32,000 nucleotides of DNA from the NCBI GenBank assembly GCA_027460535.1, contig JAPZAR010000018.1, positions 30,001 to 62,000 on the forward strand. The letters run 5' to 3'. This document shows positions 26,301 to 32,000 of the stretch, piece after piece. The stretch comes from Candidatus Methanoperedens sp. (lineage in GTDB: Archaea > Halobacteriota > Methanosarcinia > Methanosarcinales > Methanoperedenaceae). The translations under genes and the position numbers were made by a program. How positions within the stretch are numbered: the stretch's first letter is position 1; each line of letters opens with the position of its first letter. The notes beneath the pieces were generated by a model that saw nothing but the letters and a program-made list of their open reading frames with translations, was not told the DNA's origin and ran no database searches.

Positions 26301-26771
26301 ACTTTCATTGTCAGGTTTATTTTCAGGTTTAACTGCAATTAATTCAACTTTGGCTGTTTCCAGCCAGTTGATTTCTTCACTCCCCCCCTTCGACTCATCA
26401 GTATAGTTTTTTTCCTCAAACCGATAAATATAAAAATAGACTCCATCACCTTCAGCTGCAGTGCCTTTGAGTTCGATATCATCTGTCTCAGCAAAAAGAA
26501 TGATCTCCTGACTTACATCATCTTCATTTGCTGCTTTCACCTTATTGAGCGCCATGCCCGGCTTTATTTTTACACTTGTGGGATTGGATCCCTCTACTAC
26601 CTCCAGTCCCCATACTATCCCGTGGCTGTGCAGATGCCCGTTATGAAGCCGCCGCATCCTGATATGATAATTCTGGTCAAGCACGAACTCTTCCTGTTTC
26701 AGGAACAGTTCATTAAAGTATCGCATCCTTCTGACTTCTTTCATTTTCTCAATGTCATCCAACGTTATCAT
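23367..26771 (-). CDS. eCIS/phage tail-fibre-like protein with repeated GNVGIGT...FIGDGSxLTG units
   Basis: The track ORF is 23367..26825. I prefer the ATG at 26771 (MITLDDIEKM...) because GGAGGT lies 6 nt upstream. At least six repeat units of the form IYYxKGNVGIGTxxPxxxLEVxGTVKAxxFIGDGSxLTG occur between nt 23826 and 25583. A tandem ~33-aa duplication (G-T/S-SxPGDKNLxVDGNCT) lies at 25908-26111. The non-repetitive C-terminal domain is about 150 aa. Confidence 0.85.
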   Translation of the reverse strand: MITLDDIEKMKEVRRMRYFNELFLKQEEFVLDQNYHIRMRRLHNGHLHSHGIVWGLEVVEGSNPTSVKIKPGMALNKVKAANEDDVSQEIILFAETDDIELKGTAAEGDGVYFYIYRFEEKNYTDESKGGSEEINWLETAKVELIAVKPENKPDNESHIILAKVKLIDGHVHIENEDRIYAGAYGKLALSVDGEESALSIEGKKFDAENGIQINSPLTNFTGGLRIGSTSEPGDKNLVVDGNCTVNGTLEVKSGMPGGLHIGGTSDPGDKNLAVDGNCTIDGNLTVKGTRKEGVVISDNIITVHDYPPPGNKKPLIGDGGLEVYRGGTAPNAQIIWREEAIEKNSKWKIGLENNLLDLVYGDNVLKLTDASIADELHKHSKLVGSDGSPDPALIVDNDGNVGIGIDEPSEKLLHVNGTVKATNINASGFSGDTLNLAENAEIMGNVGIGTLNPESKLEVRNGDLLVQPIDSMSGDYVRIHGSSPAPVPMLAEFIPDPVISFYEDGTQKADILWSKELEALLINNSAANTYINRNGGYVGIGTDKPSNELEVAGTVKADVFLGDGSQLTGASQWLNDPAGIYYDKGNVGIGTSTPGYGLDVKSNDGYALRLSTEDTNSDIRIQAEGTGGGGLQINSMGGSNSIYLMTRELIRISIDGKGNVELLGNLYVDGPVKAKEFIGDGSKLTGKTQWLGDPAGIYYKNNVGIGTPPSATDRLSVIGTIKADKFIGDGSGLTGINEGKWSDGAVPDSIFYNGIVGIGTKSPSGKLQIGEFTYAGEDQYVPDDYDKEGLLIIGNGYPSLTLLGRRWNGSHLRLGDEGEICLDIKGDNDDTSYIDVKGNSQGLEFRINGKEKMRIDINGNIFVGNAYAASDLSVNGTVSATKFIGDGSQLTGAGKWSDAAGGIYYDKGNVGIGTITPSKELEVIGTVKADAFVGDGSGLKNIFGASKWIDGSIAGRIYYNKGYVGIMTTDPVCALHVAGDVQAEGTMYSSYGFKTGLVGDLAENYSSDMDLEPGDVVRLDQDEDRIIISEKPDDCLVLGVISTAPGFLLNTKRDGEKVFPVALCGRVPCKVVDENGPIKRGNLLTSSSIPGHAMKASPIKIKGEELFRPGTIIGKALDRHESGKGVIDIFVYSS

Positions 26772-26843
26772 ATTTTTACCTCCTTGTTTTATTATAATCA
26801 TTTCTCTTAATATCTTTAAACTCACTCGATTTCCATTGACAGA

Positions 26844-27860
26844 TCATGCCTCCGTGCTTTCGCGGATCAAGCTTCCAAGCAGTGTATCCACCCCGATTTT
26901 TGAATGTACTCCTATTTGCATGGTGGGTGCCTCAGTAATCAGATAATAATATGTGTGAGCCGGTTTTTCAAGATTGATGATGTTCCTTATGACGCGCCTC
27001 CTCTTTTCCAGTATCTCCCGACTCGCTGTGGGCAGCTCGATATATACCTGGAAATAATAGGGGCGTCCTTCCCGTATCGCTGTATTCGTTCCGATCGTGG
27101 AACTGACGCCTATCTGTAATGTCTCCAGGAACTCATTTATTGATATCTTGACATCTTCGCCCACATAGATCCGGATGAACTTTCGCAGTCCGTCAAGCGT
27201 TCCTCGCCTCTGGTACAGCGGGATTATCTTCGCAATAAGATCGCGCTTTTTCGCAGCGTTATTCTCATTCCATTCATCCTCTTCTCTCGGAACAAGGGCC
27301 ATCCAGCCTGCAAGCCAGGGAAGGAACTCAAGAGGCATATTAAGAGGTTCGAAATAGATATGGATCTGGTCAATTATTTCCTCTATACCTTTTCTTTGAG
27401 TTACTTCATAAGGGAACGCTTCTACCAGAAGCATCATGTTCAGGCGGATGAGGTCATTACCGACCGGATTTTTTTCAAGAAGCTCTGCGGTTTCAGGAGA
27501 TAATTTTATCCTCTGGAAGCGGTTTTTTTCATATATCGAATTTCCAAGGAGCAGGTTCTTGAATTCTTCATTCAGGGCTTTTTGAAGGGCTTCTGACGGC
27601 TGACTTGCATTCATGAACTCATCCAGAATCCGCCTGTTCTCTTGTGAAAATCTATCCTTAATGAAAACGGACAGGGGATTATTAGCATCAAGCAATTTGT
27701 ACGCCAGACCAGCCGGATCTTTGATCTCCACGCGGAACAGTGAGTATTTTGAAAGGATGTTCTCAAATACTTTCAGGAACCTTTCAAGAAAGCCATCTTT
27801 TTCTATCTGATAGATGGCAGGCAAATACCGAAGATAATTTCTGTCGTTATTGTCATTCAT
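26844..27860 (-). CDS. phage P2 gpI-like baseplate wedge / tail protein (eCIS Afp12/Pvc12-like position)
   Basis: 338 aa. YLRYLPAIYQ...FLERFLKVFENIL, EFLPWLAGWMAL, IIPLYQRRGTLDGL and NLEKPAHTYYYL match the conserved blocks of the phage-tail-protein-I (TIGR02242-type) family. The start overlaps the upstream gene by 8 nt. Confidence 0.8.
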   Translation of the reverse strand: MNDNNDRNYLRYLPAIYQIEKDGFLERFLKVFENILSKYSLFRVEIKDPAGLAYKLLDANNPLSVFIKDRFSQENRRILDEFMNASQPSEALQKALNEEFKNLLLGNSIYEKNRFQRIKLSPETAELLEKNPVGNDLIRLNMMLLVEAFPYEVTQRKGIEEIIDQIHIYFEPLNMPLEFLPWLAGWMALVPREEDEWNENNAAKKRDLIAKIIPLYQRRGTLDGLRKFIRIYVGEDVKISINEFLETLQIGVSSTIGTNTAIREGRPYYFQVYIELPTASREILEKRRRVIRNIINLEKPAHTYYYLITEAPTMQIGVHSKIGVDTLLGSLIRESTEA

Positions 27861-29712
27861 ATTTCACCGTTTCTATGTCGAATTTCTCCAATGCGATCAG
27901 CTGGTGCTTCTCGATCGCAAGTGTCGAAGCATTTTCAACATCGTTTATCCAGATTTTAGCGACATAGTCTACGCCGTTGATATTTTCCAGCAGGTTGTAC
28001 ACTTCAGAGCGGTAGATATGCCTGCCCATGGGCCAGCCAGTTCCCTCCGGTCCGCCTGAGATCGGATTGAAATATTCTTTAATCCTTCTTTCAGCCTCAG
28101 ATATCACTTCGGCTTGCTTAATATTTTCTTTAATGGCAAGCTGCACTCTCAGCTTCACATTTGCATAAACAGGACTCACCACATGCACACGTGTCGTGAT
28201 CAATCTCCTCGCATCCAGATATGCTTTGATCTCTTCCAGCAACAGATCTGAAGGTTTTCCCTCTTCTTTGCAATATCTGGAAATCTCGTATATATTTAGA
28301 ATACTATTTTCTTTTATAGCATTAAGCGCAAAGGTGCAACCATCATCGATTTTCAGGTTCACAATGGTTTTCGTATCATTAAGTTTTAGAGAAAGAGTTT
28401 TTTCTTCAGTAGATACATTTATTGTCCTACCATTATCGATTTTTTCAATTTTTGCTATTTTTGCCAAATCAATACCATATTTCTGTTCCAGAAATTCTGC
28501 GAGTTTCCCATTATCGTTTCCCGGGATTTCATCCCATCTGAACAAATATGAATCTTCTACTCCGCGTGGAATAATGATCACAGAAACATGTCCTGGAAGC
28601 TCCTCATTTACCCCATATTCTTCAATTCCCTTGCTGTATAATAGTTTCCGGTTGGTCATGCAGACAGCCCTTCCCGGAGGGTCTTTTTGCAGCAGGATTT
28701 TCATACAATCCTGTGCTCTTTTTTTATAATCTTCTGACGTGATGGCCCTGTACATGGATTCCATGAATTCAACGGGAGCCTGTTTGATTTCCGAGATGCT
28801 CTTCTTTTTTCCATCATTGATTTCGACCAAGAAATTGAGAAGATTTTTATAAGCTCCGTCCAGATCAGGCATATTATATATGTTCAATCCTCCATTTTCT
28901 TTTATGGAATGCAGGTAGCGCACCTTACAGCCATTGATATTGAGATTTCCTTTTCCCTCAATTTCATCCACTTTTATTTCTATCCACTTTTTGCCTGAGG
29001 AAATATTGAGAGTCTTAATTGAAGGATTATATACGTTAAGTTTGTCTTCTCCTTCCATCAAAACGAATTCATCGGTTCTACCATCATCGGTTATCAGCCT
29101 TACCTTCTTTTCCTCTTTTTTAAGTCCAAGAGAGACAAATTTATCTCCTGAAGATAGTTTTATGGTTTCATCATATGTGTCATCATGATAATTTTTAACT
29201 ATTATTGATTTTTCCACCCAATCAATACCAAATCTCATTTTTAAAAATGATGTGAGTATTTTGTCATCGTTTCCTGGTACATCGTTCCAGGAAAAAAAAT
29301 ATGATTGATCGTGCTTTATGATCTTCGCATTATCATAATTTGTTACCCAATCTAAACCGAGTTCGGTCTTCAGGAAATTCCGTAATCTGATCTCACCATC
29401 CGGTTTAAAATCATTCCAGTCAAATAAATACGTGCTTTCAAGTATTTTCTCGAGATCGTCTTTATTCTGTGTTCCTGCGATGAGCTTCAGGAAGTTGGTA
29501 TAGGATTCTACAGTGACCTGGTTCATCCTGTACATTACCATTTCGCTGAGCCATGCGAAAAGTTCAAGGAGCGTTATTCCAGGATCTGATGGATTGTGGT
29601 TTGTCCAGTCCCTGTCATAATTAAGGATAAGCGATCGCGCCTCTTTCATCAGGTCATCGAAACGTCTGTCATCCAGATTAGGTATTGGTAAATTCGATAT
29701 AGGTACGGACAT
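27853..29712 (-). CDS. baseplate J-like assembly protein (gpJ/gp6/Afp11-like) with an inserted novel repeat module
   Basis: 619 aa. The N-terminus is NLDDRRFDDLMKEARSLILNYDRDWTNHNPSDPGITLLELFAWLSEMVMYRMNQV. The C-terminal J-domain blocks are YRAITSEDYKKRA, HVSVIIIPRG, RRLITTRVHVVSPVY and GGPEGTGWPMGRHIYRSEVYNLLENINGVDYV. The region between them is occupied by the repeats described in the findings. Confidence 0.85.
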   Translation of the reverse strand: MSVPISNLPIPNLDDRRFDDLMKEARSLILNYDRDWTNHNPSDPGITLLELFAWLSEMVMYRMNQVTVESYTNFLKLIAGTQNKDDLEKILESTYLFDWNDFKPDGEIRLRNFLKTELGLDWVTNYDNAKIIKHDQSYFFSWNDVPGNDDKILTSFLKMRFGIDWVEKSIIVKNYHDDTYDETIKLSSGDKFVSLGLKKEEKKVRLITDDGRTDEFVLMEGEDKLNVYNPSIKTLNISSGKKWIEIKVDEIEGKGNLNINGCKVRYLHSIKENGGLNIYNMPDLDGAYKNLLNFLVEINDGKKKSISEIKQAPVEFMESMYRAITSEDYKKRAQDCMKILLQKDPPGRAVCMTNRKLLYSKGIEEYGVNEELPGHVSVIIIPRGVEDSYLFRWDEIPGNDNGKLAEFLEQKYGIDLAKIAKIEKIDNGRTINVSTEEKTLSLKLNDTKTIVNLKIDDGCTFALNAIKENSILNIYEISRYCKEEGKPSDLLLEEIKAYLDARRLITTRVHVVSPVYANVKLRVQLAIKENIKQAEVISEAERRIKEYFNPISGGPEGTGWPMGRHIYRSEVYNLLENINGVDYVAKIWINDVENASTLAIEKHQLIALEKFDIETVKYE

Positions 29713-29733
29713 GTGTTGCCTCGAAAGAAAAAA

Positions 29734-32000
29734 TCAGCGTTTAGACAATTCAGCTCCAAAACACCATCTGCAGTAATCGTATACATTGGTCATATCAAGA
29801 TCATCATAATTTCTGATGAACTTTCTATGCCCAAGTCTTATATCAGGAAGATGGCAGTTCTTCTTCCAGTTATTCAATTTATGGACCTCCCGGGTGTTTG
29901 TATTAATAAGATAAGGGAATTCAGGAAGTTTTCCGTTATGTACCAGATTATATATTTCATCGATTTTGACATCGGGTAATCCCTCCTCCTCCTCACTCTT
30001 ATTTATCACATGTGTACCGGAATAAACAAGATAGTTATCATCTATGAAAATGGTTTCAACCTTATCACTTATTTCTTTTATCTGTGAAGAATCAATCTTA
30101 GTTGGATCATCCCTGAGCCCGAGGAACAATTTATCACTTATCTCAAGTGGCGCTACCTTGAGATTAATGATGTCGCTATTCGCAGGCACACCTTCGGTAA
30201 TGAATGACTTAATTCTCTTATCAAATGTTTCCACGACGCTCCAAGGAGGGAATCCAGTTTCAGATCGTACGGATTCACATTCAAGGATGTCACCCTTAAT
30301 ATTATGAGACACGGAACTAACAACAAGAAGTTTCCTGTTTTCGCCATCTCTGAGGATAATATTGTCTCCTTCTTTAAAACCCACTACAGTAAGAGTATCA
30401 GTTCCTTCAAGTGGAAGTCGTTCAGCCAGAGAGAATATTGCTCTGTCATAGATTTTCGTTTTGTCCTTTGCAACCAATTCATCGGTCCTGATGTTATCGA
30501 TTGTGAGGATCAGCCTTGTTGGATCATCATCAAATCTGATCGAAACCGTGTTATTGACGATCTTATTGTAAGTGTATATGTTTAGCTTATTATTCTCGAC
30601 CTTCGCCTCGAATTTATCGGTCCTGTGGTCAGTTGAGATCGAAAGGTCTGCTTTGGTTTTTGTAGCGTCGAGCCTGATCAGAATATAGTTTTGATTCAAA
30701 GGTGGCCATACAAAAGGACCTTTGATTTTCAGGGTTATGCCATTGTCAATTTTTCTAACTATCGAAAAAACTTGATCTAACCAGTCCAAACCAAATTCTT
30801 CTCTTAGATATGTAATAAGTTTATATTTTTCTTTTCCCGGTACTTCCTCAGTATCGGCAACCTCTTCCCAGCTGAACAAATATTTATTATATATGTGATT
30901 ATATGTGTACACATATATGACATTCTTGGTTTTTTCAATCGTTTCTCCCTTCTCAAAGTCAATGCCAAAATTCTGTGTCAGATAAGCTTTCAAATTTTTT
31001 GAATCTTTTCCCGGAATTTCATCCCAGTCAAATAGGAATTTCTTACCTATCGACACAATACTGCGCTCTGGATAAACAACCGATGGAGTTATTTCATTGA
31101 TTTTCAATTTATAAATCTGTATCGAAGCATTAAGATACAGCTGATCCACATAGTCCACACCATCCGTATTCTTGATGACTTTATAAACTTCCGATATATA
31201 AACATCCCTTCCGAAATCCCGTCCTTTATTGTCTGTACCCCCGTGCAGCGGGTGAAAGAACTCATTCAGTCTTTTAATGATCCTGCCTTCAATGGTCTTT
31301 GCCTCGGGGATCGAAGTGAACTGGACAGAAGCTACCACTCCCACCTTGATATAACCCGGACCTATCATATTGATCTGGGAACGGTCTATGAGATGGGTCG
31401 ATGTCTTTTTTTCAATATCATCTTTAATGCTATCTATTAATTCCTGGGTCGGAAGAGGTTTGTGATCGTCGCTTTCCGGGACTATGATCACCGTGACCCA
31501 GCCGGATTTTGTCCTCTGGGTGGGATCTTTGACTGGCAGGCATTTTGCTTTTGCTACTTTTGGGGATGCCCTGACCAGCCACTCATAGTCCTCTAAAGTG
31601 ACTGCTCTTTCATGGTGTTTGATAGTCTGAGGTCCTCTTTCTTCAGCACTTTCCAGGGTCTCCTTATCCCATCCGCCATCTGCATCCGCGTGATTCGTGA
31701 CTGACTTGACAAATGGAAAAGCGGTCTTTAGTTTTGTTATGGAGTATGCCCTGGCATTATTTCCATCATTTCCCCCTCCATACCGATAGCTGCACACGAT
31801 ATTATTTTTTCCAGCTGGAGGGATCATCCCTCTTACTCCGTCGCCAAAGGTTATTGTCCCATTAATCCTGTCTATAATATAGTGCCTGCTATGGGGTCCA
31901 GAAGAGAAGAAATGGCTTACCTCATGCCATCGAACCCGGTAACCTGTGATGTTGCCTGCATCATCCTTAAGATCTTTGACTGCTGCCTTATCGTTTTTTT
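29734..32000 (-). CDS. baseplate J-like assembly protein, 5'-truncated by the window edge, with a C-terminal repeat-module extension and a Cys/His knuckle
   Basis: The track ORF starts at the Met at 31827, but the same frame is open to 32000 (...GYRVRWHEVSHFFSSGPHSRHYIIDRINGTITFGDGVRGMIPPAGKNNIVCSYRYGGGNDGN). That stretch is the conserved mid-section of baseplate-J-family proteins, so the true start lies beyond the window. The J-domain blocks are ERAVTLEDYEWLV, WVTVIIVPES and GGTDNKGRDFGRDVYISEVYKVIKNTDGVDYV. Confidence 0.85.
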   Translation of the reverse strand, partial: KNDKAAVKDLKDDAGNITGYRVRWHEVSHFFSSGPHSRHYIIDRINGTITFGDGVRGMIPPAGKNNIVCSYRYGGGNDGNNARAYSITKLKTAFPFVKSVTNHADADGGWDKETLESAEERGPQTIKHHERAVTLEDYEWLVRASPKVAKAKCLPVKDPTQRTKSGWVTVIIVPESDDHKPLPTQELIDSIKDDIEKKTSTHLIDRSQINMIGPGYIKVGVVASVQFTSIPEAKTIEGRIIKRLNEFFHPLHGGTDNKGRDFGRDVYISEVYKVIKNTDGVDYVDQLYLNASIQIYKLKINEITPSVVYPERSIVSIGKKFLFDWDEIPGKDSKNLKAYLTQNFGIDFEKGETIEKTKNVIYVYTYNHIYNKYLFSWEEVADTEEVPGKEKYKLITYLREEFGLDWLDQVFSIVRKIDNGITLKIKGPFVWPPLNQNYILIRLDATKTKADLSISTDHRTDKFEAKVENNKLNIYTYNKIVNNTVSIRFDDDPTRLILTIDNIRTDELVAKDKTKIYDRAIFSLAERLPLEGTDTLTVVGFKEGDNIILRDGENRKLLVVSSVSHNIKGDILECESVRSETGFPPWSVVETFDKRIKSFITEGVPANSDIINLKVAPLEISDKLFLGLRDDPTKIDSSQIKEISDKVETIFIDDNYLVYSGTHVINKSEEEEGLPDVKIDEIYNLVHNGKLPEFPYLINTNTREVHKLNNWKKNCHLPDIRLGHRKFIRNYDDLDMTNVYDYCRWCFGAELSKR

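Overview
The window has two parts. All domain calls below come from motif recognition by eye; no HMM or BLAST search was run.

**Left quarter (1-7915): GC-rich housekeeping genes.**
- carB, partial and on the minus strand. It is absent from the ORF track because it runs off the window edge.
- A gatC-gatA-gatB operon.
- A DUF21/CBS (CNNM-type) transporter, an SDR oxidoreductase and an AhpD/CMD-family protein.

**Boundary (about 8040-8420).** A non-coding, GC-rich block packed with perfect short hairpins and direct repeats marks the transition.

**Right three quarters (8583-32000): AT-rich accessory island.** Every gene I call here is on the minus strand. In transcription order (right to left):
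1. The distal part of a phage-tail-like contractile injection system (eCIS/PVC/Afp-type).
   - It comprises two baseplate-J-like proteins, a P2-gpI-like wedge protein, a 1134-aa repeat-rich tail fibre and a small coiled-coil protein.
   - The rest of the machine should lie beyond 32000.
2. A decayed lipoprotein pseudogene.
3. A translationally coupled 154-aa protein plus a polytopic M48-like metalloprotease with a C-terminal zinc ribbon.
4. A secreted eight-repeat TPR protein with an archaeosortase-like C-terminal anchor.
5. An array of three large effector-like genes (630, 663 and 712 aa) plus one orphan leader stub.
   - All share a nearly identical N-terminal leader of about 120 aa, the LFLQRTIGNQAVQ-K/R-LMKSG ... 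E-Q/R-EADRVADAVMRM ... CPKCE type seen on DUF4157 proteins.
   - Their C-terminal modules differ: OmpA-like plus an unknown domain, lysozyme/SLT-like, and PT-TG plus a possible AHH-type nuclease.
   - They are interleaved with one intact and two decayed copies of a YkgJ-type Cys-cluster gene.
6. A small membrane protein, then an S1 serine protease followed by a free-standing paralog of its own N-terminal domain.

**Most interesting observations.**
- The recombining leader-cassette effector array sits next to an eCIS in what looks like a Methanosarcinales-like archaeon, with cargo that appears to target peptidoglycan.
- A repeated two-part module I do not recognise (YLFxWDEIPGxD...FGIDW, followed by a block ending ...IDDGRTDEF...KLNIY) is inserted five to seven times, at different positions, in the two baseplate proteins.
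- The hairpin array lies at the island boundary.
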